Shown one piece after another: positions 41,201 to 56,200 of a DNA stretch of 64,000 bases. The DNA lies in contig OZ059894.1 of NCBI GenBank assembly GCA_964057225.1, forward strand, positions 3,782,001 through 3,846,000, given 5' to 3'. Source of the stretch: Auanema rhodensis. Lineage: Eukaryota > Animalia > Nematoda. Positions within the stretch are counted from its first letter, which is position 1; the number at the start of each line of letters is the position of its first letter. The notes under the pieces were generated by a model. The model searched no databases. It was given only the letters and a program-made list of their open reading frames with translations, and was not told the origin of the DNA. Position numbers and translations under genes: made by a program.

Positions 41201-44200
41201 GTTGAATAACAATGTCCATCGTCTTCGCCTTAAAAAATGGTATCTAAAAACATCTACTTTTTGCTAAATTATTTTGAAATTTTTCGAAAAAATTTTTGTC
41301 AAAATGTTTTTGGAAGCAATGTTGAGTGTACATGGAAACTCAACATACACTAATGCATCATTTTTCAAACGATCATAACTAATTTTTGTATTAAGCGTTT
41401 CTCAATGTAGTATAGTGCATTCGATGCGGATTTTTAAGCTGCGTCGATCTGTTTTATCAGATTTGCGCTAGCTTAAAAATGCACCGAGATATCAACTGAT
41501 ATAAGTTCACACTTATATCCTCGATTTTCACCCTGAAGAATTAATTTTTTTGTTGAATAACAATGTCCATCGTCTTCGCCTTAAAAAAAGGTATCTAAAA
41601 ACATCTACTTTTTGCTAAATTATTTTGAAATTTTTCGAAAAAATTTTTGTCAAAATGTTTTTGGAAGCAATGTTGAGTGTACATGGAAACTCAACATACA
41701 CTAATGCATCATTTTTCAAACGATCATAACTAATTTTTGTATTAAGCGTTTCTCAATGTCGTATAGTGCATTTGATGCGGATTTTTAAGCTGCGTCGGTC
41801 TGTGTTATCAGATTTGCGCTAGCTTAAAAATGCACCGAGATATCAACTGATATAAGTTCACACTTATATCCTCGATTTTCACCCTGAAGAATTAATTTTT
41901 TTGTTGAATAACAATGTCCATCGTCTTCGCCTTAAAAAAAGGTATCTAAAAACATCTACTTTTTGCTAAATTATTTTGAAATTTTTCGAAAAACTTTTGT
42001 CAAAATGTTTTTGGAAGCAATGTTGAGTGTACATGGAAACTCAACATACACTAATGCATCATTTTTCAAACGATCATAACTAATTTTTGTATTAAGCGTT
42101 TCTCAATGTAGTATAGTGCATTCGATGCGGATTTTTAAGCTGCGTCGATCTGTTTTATCAGATTTGCGCTAGCTTAAAAATGCACCGAGATATCAACTGA
42201 TATAAGTTCACACTTATATCCTCGATTTTCACCCTGAAGAATTAATTTTTTCGTTGAATAACAATGTCCATCGTCTTCGCCTTAAAAAAAGGTATCTAAA
42301 AACATCTACTTTTTGCTAAATTATTTTGAAATTTTTCGAAAAAATTTTTGTCAAAATGTTTTTGGAAGCAATGTTGAGTGTACATGGAAACTCAACATAC
42401 ACTAATGCATCATTTTTCAAACGATCATAACTAATTTTTGTATTAAGCGTTTCTCAATGTAGTATAGTGCATTCGATGCGGATTTTTAAGCTGCGTCGAT
42501 CTGTTTTATCAGATTTGCGCTAGCTTAAAAATGCACCGAGATATCAACTGATATAAGTTCACACTTATATCCTCGATTTTCACCCTGAAGAATTAATTTT
42601 TTCGTTGAATAACAATGTCCATCGTCTTCGCCTTAAAAAAAGGTATCTAAAAACATCTACTTTTTGCTAAATTATTTTGAAATTTTTCGAAAAAATTTTT
42701 GTCAAAATGTTTTTGGAAGCAATGTTGAGTGTACATGGAAACTCAACATACACTAATGCATCATTTTTCAAACGATCATAACTAATTTTTGTATTAAGCG
42801 TTTCTCAATGTAGTATAGTGCATTCGATGCGGATTTTTAAGCTGCGTCGATCTGTTTTATCAGATTTGCGCTAGCTTAAAAATGCACCGAGATATCAACT
42901 GATATAAGTTCACACTTATATCCTCGATTTTCACCCTGAAGAATTAATTTTTTCGTTGAATCACATCGTTCATCGTCTTTGCCTTGAAAAAAGGAATCTA
43001 AAAACATCTACTTTTCGCTAAATTATTTTGAAATTTTTCGAAAAAATTTTTGTCAAAATGTTTTTGGAAGCAATGTTGAGTGTACATGGAAACTCAACAT
43101 ACACTAATGCATCATTTTTCAAACGATCATAACTAATTTTTGTAATAAGCGTTTCTCAATGTAGTATAGTGCATTCGATGCGGATTTTTAAGCTGCATCG
43201 ATCTGTGTTATCAGATTTGCGCTAGCTTAAAAATGCACCGAGATATCAACTGATATAAGTTCACACTTATATCCTCGATTTTCACCCTGAAGAATTAATT
43301 TTTTCGTTGAATAACAATGTCCATCGTCTTCGCCTTAAAAAAAGGTATCTAAAAACATCTACTTTTTGCTAAATTATTTTGAAATTTTTCGAAAAAATTT
43401 TTGTCAAAATGTTTTTGGAAGCAATGTTGAGTGTACATGGAAACTCAACATACACTAATGCATCATTTTTCAAACGATCATAACTAATTTTTGTATTAAG
43501 CGTTTCTCAATGTAGTATAGTGCATTCGATGCGGATTTTTAAGCTGCGTCGATCTGTTTTATCAGATTTGCGCTAGCTTAAAAATGCACCGAGATATCAA
43601 CTGATATAAGTTCACACTTATATCCTCGATTTTCACCCTGAAGAATTAATTTTTTCGTTGAATAACAATGTCCATCGTCTTCGCCTTAAAAAAAGGTATC
43701 TAAAAACATCTACTTTTTGCTAAATTATTTTGAAATTTTTCGAAAAAATTTTTGTCAAAATGTTTTTGGAAGCAATGTTGAGTGTACATGGAAACTCAAC
43801 ATACACTAATGCATCATTTTTCAAACGATCATAACTAATTTTTGTATTAAGCGTTTCTCAATGTAGTATAGTGCATTCGATGCGGATTTTTAAGCTGCGT
43901 CGATCTGTTTTATCAGATTTGCGCTAGCTTAAAAATGCACCGAGATATCAACTGATATAAGTTCACACTTATATCCTCGATTTTCACCCTGAAGAATTAA
44001 TTTTTTCGTTGAATCACATCGTCCATCGTCTTTGCCTTGAAAAAAGGAATCTAAAAACATCTACTTTTTGCTAAATTATTTTGAAATTTTTCGAAAAAAG
44101 TTTTGTCAAAATGTTTTTGGAAGCAATGTTGAGTGTACATGGAAACTCAACATACACTAATGCATCATTTTTCAAACGATCATAACTAATTTTTGTATTA

Positions 44201-47200
44201 AGCGTTTCTCAATGTAGTATAGTGCATTCGATGCGGATTTTTAAGCTGCATCGATCTGTGTTATCAGATTTGCGCTAGCTTAAAAATGCACCGAGATATC
44301 AACTGATATAAGTTCACACTTATATCCTCGATTTTCACCCTGAAGAATTAATTTTTTCGTTGAATAACATTGTCCATCGTCTTTGTCTTGAAAAAAGGAA
44401 TCTAAAAACATCTACTTTTCGCTAAATTATTTTGAAATTTTTCGAAAAAATTTTTGTCAAAATGTTTTTGGAAGCAATGTTGAGTGTACATGGAAACTCA
44501 ACATACACTAATTCATCATTTTTCAAACGATCATAACTAATTTTTGTATTGAGCGTTTCTCAATGTAGTATAGTGCATTCGATGCGGATTTTTAAGCTGC
44601 ATCGATCTGTGTTATCAGATTTGCGCTAGCTTAAAAATGCACCGAGATATCAACTGATATAAGTTCACACTTATATCCTCGATTTTCACCCTGAAGAATT
44701 AATTTTTTCGTTGAATAACAATGTCCATCGTCTTTGCCTCAAAAAAAGGTATCTAAAAACATCTACTTTTTGCTAAATTATTTTGAAATTTTTCGAAAAA
44801 ATTTTTGTCAAAATGTTTTTGGAAGCAATGTTGAGTGTACATGGAAACTCAACATACACTAATGCATCATTTTTCAAACGATCATAACTAATTTTTGTAT
44901 TAAGCGTTTCTCAATGTAGTATAGTGCATTCGATGCGGATTTTTAAGCTGCGTCGATCTGTTTTATCAGATTTGCGCTAGCTTAAAAATGCACCGAGATA
45001 TCAACTGATATAAGTTCACACTTATATCCTCGATTTTCACCCTGAAGAATTACTTTTTTCGTTGAATAACAATGTCCATCGTCTTCGCCTTAAAAAAAGG
45101 TATCTAAAAACATCTACTTTTTGCTAAATTATTTTGAAATTTTTCGAAAAAATTTTTGTCAAAATGTTTTTGGAAGCAATGTTGAGTGTACATGGAAACT
45201 CAACATACACTAATGCATCATTTTTCAAACGATCATAACTAATTTTTGTATTAAGCGTTTCTCAATGTAGTATAGTGCATTCGATGCGGATTTTTAAGCT
45301 GCGTCGATCTGTTTTATCAGATTTGCGCAAGCTTAAAAATGCACCGAGATATCAACTGATATAAGTTCACACTTATATCCTCGATTTCCACCCTGAAGAA
45401 TTAATTTTTTCGTTGAATAACAATGTCCATCGTCTTCGCCTTAAAAAAAGGTATCTAAAAACATCTACTTTTTGCTAAATTATTTTGAAATTTTTCGAAA
45501 AAATTTTTGTCAAAATGTTTTTGGAAGCAATGTTGAGTGTACATGGAAACTCAACATACACTAATGCATCATTTTTCAAACGATCATAACTAATTTTTGT
45601 ATTAAGCGTTTCTCAATGTAGTATAGTGCATTCGATGCGGATTTTTAAGCTGCGTCGATCTGTTTTATCAGATTTGCGCTAGCTTAAAAATGCACCGAGA
45701 TATCAACTGATATAAGTTCACACTTATATCCTCGATTTTCACCCTGAAGAATTAATTTTTTCGTTGAATAACAATGTCCATCGTCTTCGCCTGAAAAAAA
45801 GGTATCTAAAAACATCTACTTTTTGCTAAATTATTTTGAAATTTTACGAAAAAATTTTTGTCAAAATGTTTTTGGAAGCAATGTTGAGTGTACATGGAAA
45901 CTCAACATACACTAATGCATCATTTTTCAAACGATCATAACTAATTTTTGTATTAAGCGTTTCTCAATGTAGTATAGTGCATTCGATGCGGATTTTTAAG
46001 CTGCGTCGATCTGTTTTATCAGATTTGCGCTAGCTTAAAAATGCACCGAGATATCAACTGATATAAGTTCACACTTATATCCTCGATTTTCACCCTGAAG
46101 AATTAATTTTTTCGTTGAATAACAATGTCCATCGTCTTCGCCTTAAAAAATGGTATCTAAAAACATCTACTTTTTGCTAAATTATTTTGAAATTTTTCGA
46201 AAAAATTTTTGTCAAAATGTTTTTGGAAGCAATGTTGAGTGTACATGGAAACTCAACATACACTAATGCATCATTTTTCAAACGATCATAACTAATTTTT
46301 GTATTAAGCGTTTCTCAATGTAGTATAGTGCATTCGATGCGGATTTTTAAGCTGCGTCGATCTGTTTTATCAGATTTGCGCTAGCTTAAAAATGCACCGA
46401 GATATCAACTGATATAAGTTCACACTTATATCCTCGATTTTCACCCTGAAGAATTAATTTTTTTGTTGAATAACAATGTCCATCGTCTTCGCCTTAAAAA
46501 AAGGTATCTAAAAACATCTACTTTTTGCTAAATTATTTTGAAATTTTTCGAAAAAATTTTTGTCAAAATGTTTTTGGAAGCAATGTTGAGTGTACATGGA
46601 AACTCAACATACACTAATGCATCATTTTTCAAACGATCATAACTAATTTTTGTATTAAGCGTTTCTCAATGTCGTATAGTGCATTTGATGCGGATTTTTA
46701 AGCTGCGTCGGTCTGTGTTATCAGATTTGCGCTAGCTTAAAAATGCACCGAGATATCAACTGATATAAGTTCACACTTATATCCTCGATTTTCACCCTGA
46801 AGAATTAATTTTTTTGTTGAATAACAATGTCCATCGTCTTCGCCTTAAAAAAAGGTATCTAAAAACATCTACTTTTTGCTAAATTATTTTGAAATTTTTC
46901 GAAAAACTTTTGTCAAAATGTTTTTGGAAGCAATGTTGAGTGTACATGGAAACTCAACATACACTAATGCATCATTTTTCAAACGATCATAACTAATTTT
47001 TGTATTAAGCGTTTCTCAATGTAGTATAGTGCATTCGATGCGGATTTTTAAGCTGCGTCGATCTGTTTTATCAGATTTGCGCTAGCTTAAAAATGCACCG
47101 AGATATCAACTGATATAAGTTCACACTTATATCCTCGATTTTCACCCTGAAGAATTAATTTTTTCGTTGAATAACAATGTCCATCGTCTTCGCCTTAAAA

Positions 47201-48224
47201 AAAGGTATCTAAAAACATCTACTTTTTGCTAAATTATTTTGAAATTTTTCGAAAAAATTTTTGTCAAAATGTTTTTGGAAGCAATGTTGAGTGTACATGG
47301 AAACTCAACATACACTAATGCATCATTTTTCAAACGATCATAACTAATTTTTGTATTAAGCGTTTCTCAATGTAGTATAGTGCATTCGATGCGGATTTTT
47401 AAGCTGCGTCGATCTGTTTTATCAGATTTGCGCTAGCTTAAAAATGCACCGAGATATCAACTGATATAAGTTCACACTTATATCCTCGATTTTCACCCTG
47501 AAGAATTAATTTTTTCGTTGAATAACAATGTCCATCGTCTTCGCCTTAAAAAAAGGTATCTAAAAACATCTACTTTTTGCTAAATTATTTTGAAATTTTT
47601 CGAAAAAATTTTTGTCAAAATGTTTTTGGAAGCAATGTTGAGTGTACATGGAAACTCAACATACACTAATGCATCATTTTTCAAACGATCATAACTAATT
47701 TTTGTATTAAGCGTTTCTCAATGTAGTATAGTGCATTCGATGCGGATTTTTAAGCTGCGTCGATCTGTTTTATCAGATTTGCGCTAGCTTAAAAATGCAC
47801 CGAGATATCAACTGATATAAGTTCACACTTATATCCTCGATTTTCACCCTGAAGAATTAATTTTTTCGTTGAATCACATCGTTCATCGTCTTTGCCTTGA
47901 AAAAAGGAATCTAAAAACATCTACTTTTCGCTAAATTATTTTGAAATTTTTCGAAAAAATTTTTGTCAAAATGTTTTTGGAAGCAATGTTGAGTGTACAT
48001 GGAAACTCAACATACACTAATGCATCATTTTTCAAACGATCATAACTAATTTTTGTAATAAGCGTTTCTCAATGTAGTATAGTGCATTCGATGCGGATTT
48101 TTAAGCTGCATCGATCTGTGTTATCAGATTTGCGCTAGCTTAAAAATGCACCGAGATATCAACTGATATAAGTTCACACTTATATCCTCGATTTTCACCC
48201 TGAAGAATTAATTTTTTCGTTGAA
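38296..48224. repeat. Tandem duplication of a 14-monomer block (4913 bp = 14x351 - 1)
   Basis: Variant pairs 4913 bp apart: 39187/44100, 40933/45846, 41238/46151, 42970/47883, plus a shared 1-bp deletion with T>C at 41994/46907. Confidence 0.94.
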
Positions 48225-51200
48225 TCACATCGTCCATCGTCTTTGCCTTGAAAAAAGGAATCTAAAAACATCTACTTTTTGCTAAATTATTTTGAAATTT
48301 TTCGAAAAAATTTTTGTCAAAATGTTTTTGGAAGCAATGTTGAGTGTACATGGAAACTCAACATACACTAATGCATCATTTTTCAAACGATCATAACTAA
48401 TTTTTGTAATAAGCGTTTCTCAATGTAGTATAGTGCATTCGATGCGGATTTTTAAGCTGCATCGATCTGTGTTATCAGATTTGCGCTAGCTTAAAAATGC
48501 ACCGAGATATCAACTGATATAAGTTCACACTTATATCCTCGATTTTCACCCTGAAGAATTAATTTTTTCGTTGAATAACATTGTCCATCGTCTTTGTCTT
48601 GAAAAAAGGAATCTAAAAACATCTACTTTTCGCTAAATTATTTTGAAATTTTTCGAAAAAATTTTTGTCAAAATGTTTTTGGAAGCAATGTTGAGTGTAC
48701 ATGGAAACTCAACATACACTAATTCATCATTTTTCAAACGATCATAACTAATTTTTGTATTGAGCGTTTCTCAATGTAGTATAGTGCATTCGATGCGGAT
48801 TTTTAAGCTGCATCGATCTGTGTTATCAGATTTGCGCTAGCTTAAAAATGCACCGAGATATCAACTGATATAAGTTCACACTTATATCCTCGATTTTCAC
48901 CCTGAAGAATTAATTTTTTCGTTGAATAACAATGTCCATCGTCTTTGCCTCAAAAAAAGGTATCTAAAAACATCTACTTTTTGCTAAATTATTTTGAAAT
49001 TTTTCGAAAAAATTTTTGTCAAAATGTTTTTGGAAGCAATGTTGAGTGTACATGGAAACTCAACATACACTAATGCATCATTTTTCAAACGATCATAACT
49101 AATTTTTGTATTAAGCGTTTCTCAATGTAGTATAGTGCATTCGATGCGGATTTTTAAGCTGCGTCGATCTGTTTTATCAGATTTGCGCTAGCTTAAAAAT
49201 GCACCGAGATATCAACTGATATAAGTTCACACTTATATCCTCGATTTTCACCCTGAAGAATTAATTTTTTCGTTGAATAACAATGTCCATCGTCTTCGCC
49301 TTAAAAAAAGGTATCTAAAAACATCTACTTTTTGCTAAATTATTTTGAAATTTTTCGAAAAAATTTTTGTCAAAATGTTTTTGGAAGCAATGTTGAGTGT
49401 ACATGGAAACTCAACATACACTAATGCATCATTTTTCAAACGATCATAACTAATTTTTGTATTAAGCGTTTCTCAATGTAGTATAGTGCATTCGATGCGG
49501 ATTTTTAAGCTGCGTCGATCTGTTTTATCAGATTTGCGCAAGCTTAAAAATGCACCGAGATATCAACTGATATAAGTTCACACTTATATCCTCGATTTTC
49601 ACCCTGAAGAATTAAGTTTTTCGTTGAATAACAATGTCCATCGTCTTCGCCTTAAAAAAAGGTATCTAAAAACATCTACTTTTTGCTAAATTATTTTGAA
49701 ATTTTTCGAAAAAATTTTTGTCAAAATGTTTTTGGAAGCAATGTTGAGTGTACATGGAAACTCAACATACACTAATGCATCATTTTTCAAACGATCATAA
49801 CTAATTTTTGTATTAAGCGTTTCTCAATGTAGTATAGTGCATTCGATGCGGATTTTTAAGCTGCGTCGATCTGTTTTATCAGATTTGCGCTAGCTTAAAA
49901 ATGCACCGAGATATCAACTGATATAAGTTCACACTTATATCCTCGATTTTCAGCCTGAAGAATTAATTTTTTCGTTGAATAACAATGTCCATCGTCTTCG
50001 CCTGAAAAAAAGGTATCTAAAAACATCTACTTTTTGCTAAATTATTTTGAAATTTTTCGAAAAAATTTTTGTCAAAATGTTTTTGGAAGCAATGTTGAGT
50101 GTACATGGAAACTCAACATACACTAATGCATCATTTTTCAAACGATCATAACTAATTTTTGTATTAAGCGTTTCTCAATGTAGTATAGTGCATTCGATGC
50201 GGATTTTGAAGCTGCGTCGATCTGTTTTATCAGATTTGCGCTAGCTTAAAAATGCACCGAGATATCAACTGATATAAGTTCACACTTATATCCTCGATTT
50301 TCACCCTGAAGAATTAATTTTTTCGTTGAATAACAATGTCCATCGTCTTCGCCTTAAAAAAAGGTATCTAAAAACATCTACTTTTTGCTAAATTATTTTG
50401 AAATTTTTCGAAAAAATTTTTGTCAAAATGTTTTTGGAAGCAATGTTGAGTGTACATGGAAACTCAACATACACTAATGCATCATTTTTCAAACGATCAT
50501 AACTAATTTTTGTATTAAGCGTTTCTCAATGTAGTATAGTGCATTCGATGCGGATTTTTAAGCTGCGTCGATCTGTTTTATCAGATTTGCGCTAGCTTAA
50601 AAATGCACCGAGATATCAACTGATATAAGTTCACACTTATATCCTCGATTTTCACCCTGAAGAATTAATTTTTTCGTTGAATCACATCGTCCATCGTCTT
50701 TGCCTTGAAAAAAGGAATCTAAAAACATCTACTTTTTGCTAAATTATTTTGAAATTTTTCGAAAAAATTTTTGTCAAAATGTTTTTGGAAGCAATGTTGA
50801 GTGTACATGGAAACTCAACATACACTAATGCATCATTTTTCAAACGATCATAACTAATTTTTGTATTAAGCGTTTCTCAATGTAGTATAGTGCATTCGAT
50901 GCGGATTTTTAAGCTGCATCGATCTGTGTTATCAGATTTGCGCTAGCTTAAAAATGCACCGAGATATCAACTGATATAAGTTCACACTTATATCCTCGAT
51001 TTTCACCCTGAAGAATTAATTTTTTCGTTGAATAACAATGTCCATCGTCTTCGCCTTGAAAAAAGGAATCTAAAAACATCTACTTTTTGCTAAATTATTT
51101 TGAAATTTTTCGAAAAAATTTTTGTCAAAATGTTTTTGGAAGCAATGTTGAGTGTACATGGAAACTCAACATACACTAATTCATCATTTTTCAAACGATC

Positions 51201-51539
51201 ATAACTAATTTTTGTATTGAGCGTTTCTCAATGTAGTATAGTGCATTCGATGCGGATTTTTAAGCTGCATCGATCTGTGTTATCAAATTTGCGCTAGCTT
51301 AAAAATGCACCGAGATATCAACTGATATAAGTTCACACTTATATCCTCGATTTTCACCCTGAAGAATTAATTTTTTCGTTGAATAACAATGTCCATCGTC
51401 TTTGCCTCAAAAAAAGGTATCTAAAAACATCTACTTTTTGCTAAATTATTTTGAAATTTTTCGAAAAAATTTTTGTCAAAATGTTTTTGGAAGCAATGTT
51501 GAGTGTACATGGAAACTCAACATACACTAATGCATCATT

Positions 51540-53280
51540 TTTCAAACGATCATAACTAATTTTTGTATTAAGCGTTTCTTAATGTAGTATAGTGCATTCG
51601 ATGCGGATTTTTAAGCTGCGTCGATCTGTTTTATCAGATTTGCGCTAGCTTAAAAATGCACCGAGATATCAACTGATATAAGTTCACACTTATATCCTCG
51701 ATTTTCACCCTGAAGAATTAATTTTTTCGTTGAATAACAATGTCCATCGTCTTCGCCTTAAAAAAAGGTATCTAAAAACATCTACTTTTTGCTAAATTAT
51801 TTTGAAATTTTTCGAAAAAATTTTTGTCAAAATGTTTTTGGAAGCAATGTTGAGTGTACATGGAAACTCAACATACACTAATGCATCATTTTTCAAACGA
51901 TCATAACTAATTTTTGTATTAAGCGTTTCTCAATGTAGTATAGTGCATTCGATGCGGATTTTTAAGCTGCGTCGATCTGTGTTATCAAATTTGCGCTAGC
52001 TTAAAAATGCACCGAGATATCAACTGATATAAGTTCACACTTATATCCTCGATTTTCACCCTGAAGAATTACTTTTTTCGTTGAATAACAATGTCCATCG
52101 TCTTCGCCTTGAAAAAAAAAAATCTAAAAACATCTACTTTTTGCTAAATTATTTTGAAATTTTTCGAAAAAATTTTTGTCAAAATGTTTTTGGAAGCAAT
52201 GTTGAGTGTACATGGAAACTCAACATACACTAATGCATCATTTTTCAAACGATCATAACTAATTTTTGTATTAAGCGTTTCTCAATGTAGTATAGTGCAT
52301 TCGATGCGGATTTTTAAGCTGCGTCGATCTGTTTTATCAGATTTGCGCAAGCTTAAAAATGCACCGAGATATCAACTGATATAAGTTCACACTTATATCC
52401 TCGATTTTCACCCTGAAGAATTAATTTTTTCGTTGAATAACAATGTCCATCATCTTTGCCTCAAAAAAAGGTATCTAAAAACATCTACTTTTTGCTGAAT
52501 TATTTTGAAATTTTTCGAAAAAATTTTTGTCAAAATGTTTTTGGAAGCAATGTTGAGTGTACATGGAAACTCAACATACACTAATGCATCATTTTTCAAA
52601 CGATCATAACTAATTTTTGTATTAAGCGTTTCTTAATGTAGTATAGTGCATTCGATGCGGATTTTTAAGCTGCGTCGATCTGTTTTATCAGATTTGCGCT
52701 AGCTTAAAAATGCACCGAGATATCAACTGATATAAGTTCACACTTATATCCTCGATTTTCACCCTGAAGAATTAATTTTTTCGTTGAATAACAATGTCCA
52801 TCGTCTTCGCCTTAAAAAAAGGTATCTAAAAACATCTACTTTTTGCTAAATTATTTTGAAATTTTTCGAAAAAATTTTTGTCAAAATGTTTTTGGAAGCA
52901 ATGTTGAGTGTACATGGAAACTCAACATACACTAATGCATCATTTTTCAAACGATCATAACTAATTTTTGTATTAAGCGTTTCTCAATGTAGTATAGTGC
53001 ATTCGATGCGGATTTTTAAGCTGCGTCGATCTGTGTTATCAGATTTGCGCTAGCTTAAAAATGCACCGAGATATCAACTGATATAAGTTCACACTTATAT
53101 CCTCGATTTTCACCCTGAAGAATTACTTTTTTCGTTGAATAACAATGTCCATCGTCTTCGCCTTGAAAAAAAAAAATCTAAAAACATCTACTTTTTGCTA
53201 AATTATTTTGAAATTTTTCGAAAAAATTTTTGTCAAAATGTTTTTGGAAGCAATGTTGAGTGTACATGGAAACTCAACAT
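51540..53280. repeat. Partial 3-monomer duplication (1054-bp offset) carrying a +1 poly-A expansion
   Basis: Variant pairs: ttctTaatg 51580/52634, aattaCtttt 52072/53126, and an extended A-run replacing aaaaaaggaa at ~52112 and ~53166. Confidence 0.8.
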
Positions 53281-56200
53281 ACACTAATTCATCATTTTTC
53301 AAACGATCATAACTAATTTTTGTATTGAGCGTTTCTCAATGTAGTATAGTGCATTCGATGCGGATTTTTAAGCTGCATCGATCTGTGTTATCAGATTTGC
53401 GCTAGCTTAAAAATGCACCGAGATATCAACTGATATAAGTTCACACTTATATCCTCGATTTTCACCCTGAAGAATTAATTTTTTCGTTGAATAACAATGT
53501 CCATCGTCTTCGCCTTAAAAAAAGGTATCTAAAAACATCTACTTTTCGCTAAATTATTTTGAAATTTTTCGAAAAAATTTTTGTCAAAATGTTTTTGGAA
53601 GCAATGTTGAGTGTACATGGAAACTCAACATACACTAATGCATCATTTTTCAAACGATCATAACTAATTTTTGTATTAAGCGTTTCTCAATGTAGTATAG
53701 TGCATTCGATGCGGATTTTTAAGCTGCGTCGATCTGTGTTATCAGATTTGCGCTAGCTTAAAAATGCACCGAGATATCAACTGATATAAGTTCACACTTA
53801 TATCCTCGATTTTCACCCTGAAGAATTAATTTTTTCGTTGAATAACAATGTCCATCATCTTTGCCTCAAAAAAAGGTATCTAAAAACATCTACTTTTTGC
53901 TAAATTATTTTGAAATTTTTCGAAAAAATTTTTGTCAAAATGTTTTTGGAAGCAATGTTGAGTGTACATGGAAACTCAACATACACTAATTCATCATTTT
54001 TCAAACGATCATAACTAATTTTTGTATTGAGCGTTTCTCAATGTAGTATAGTGCATTCGATGCGGATTTTTAAGCTGCATCGATCTGTGTTATCAGATTT
54101 GCGCTAGCTTAAAAATGCACCGAGATATCAACTGATATAAGTTCACACTTATATCCTCGATTTTCACCCTGAAGAATTAATTTTTTCGTTGAATAACAAT
54201 GTCCATCGTCTTCGCCTTAAAAAAAGGTATCTAAAAACATCTACTTTTCGCTAAATTATTTTGAAATTTTTCGAAAAAATTTTTGTCAAAATGTTTTTGG
54301 AAGCAATGTTGAGTGTACATGGAAACTCAACATACACTAATGCATCATTTTTCAAACGATCATAACTAATTTTTGTATTAAGCGTTTCTCAATGTAGTAT
54401 AGTGCATTCGATGCGGATTTTTAAGCTGCGTCGATCTGTGTTATCAGATTTGCGCTAGCTTAAAAATGCACCGAGATATCAACTGATATAAGTTCACACT
54501 TATATCCTCGATTTTCACCCTGAAGAATTAATTTTTTCGTTGAATAACAATGTCCATCATCTTTGCCTCAAAAAAAGGTATCTAAAAACATCTACTTTTT
54601 GCTGAATTATTTTGAAATTTTTCGAAAAAATTTTTGTCAAAATGTTTTTGGAAGCAATGTTGAGTGTACATGGAAACTCAACATACACTAATTCATCATT
54701 TTTCAAACGATCATAACTAATTTTTGTATTGAGCGTTTCTCAATGTAGTATAGTGCATTCGATGCGGATTTTTAAGCTGCATCGATCTGTGTTATCAGAT
54801 TTGCGCTAGCTTAAAAATGCACCGAGATATCAACTGATATAAGTTCACACTTATATCCTCGATTTTCACCCTGAAGAATTAATTTTTTCGTTGAATAACA
54901 ATGTCCATCGTCTTCGCCTTAAAAAAAGGTATCTAAAAACATCTACTTTTTGCTAAATTATTTTGAAATTTTTCGAAAAAATTTTTGTCAAAATGTTTTT
55001 GGAAGCAATGTTGAGTGTACATGGAAACTCAACATACACTAATGCATCATTTTTCAAACGATCATAACTAATTTTTGTATTAAGCGTTTTTCAATGTAGT
55101 ATAGTGCATTCGATGCGGATTTTTAAGCTGCGTCGATCTGTGTTATCAGATTTGCGCTAGCTTAAAAATGCACCGAGATATCAACTGATATAAGTTCACA
55201 CTTATATCCTCGATTTTCACCCTGAAGAATTAATTTTTTCGTTGAATAACAATGTCCATCATCTTTGCCTCAAAAAAAGGTATCTAAAAACATCTACTTT
55301 TTGCTAAATTATTTTGAAATTTTTCGAAAAAATTTTTGTCAAAATGTTTTTGGAAGCAATGTTGAGTGTACATGGAAACTCAACATACACTAATGCATCA
55401 TTTTTCAAACGATCATAACTAATTTTTGTATTAAGCGTTTCTCAATGTAGTATAGTGCATTCGATGCGGATTTTTAAGCTGCGTCGATCTGTTTTATCAG
55501 ATTTGCGCTAGCTTAAAAATGCACCGAGATATCAACTGATATAAGTTCACACTTATATCCTCGATTTTCACCCTGAAGAATTAATTTTTTCGTTGAATAA
55601 CAATGTCCATCGTCTTCGCCTTAAAAAAAGGTATCTAAAAACATCTACTTTTTGCTAAATTATTTTGAAATTTTTCGAAAAAATTTTTGTCAAAATGTTT
55701 TTGGAAGCAATGTTGAGTGTACATGGAAACTCAACATACACTAATGCATCATTTTTCAAACGATCATAACTAATTTTTGTATTAAGCGTTTCTCAATGTA
55801 GTATAGTGCATTCGATGCGGATTTTCAAGCTGCGTCGATCTGTGTTATCAGATTTGCGCTAGCTTAAAAATGCACCGAGATATCAACTGATATAAGTTCA
55901 CACTTATATCCTCGATTTTCACCCTGAAGAATTAATTTTTTCGTTGAATAACAATGTCCATCGTCTTCGCCTTAAAAAAAGGTATCTAAAAACATCTACT
56001 TTTTGCTAAATTATTTTGAAATTTTTCGAAAAAATTTTTGTCAAAATGTTTTTGGAAGCAATGTTGAGTGTACATGGAAACTCAACATACACTAATGCAT
56101 CATTTTTCAAACGATCATAACTAATTTTTGTATTGAGCGTTTCTCAATGTAGAATAGTGCATTCGATGCGGATTTTTAATCTGCGTCGGTCTGTGTTATC

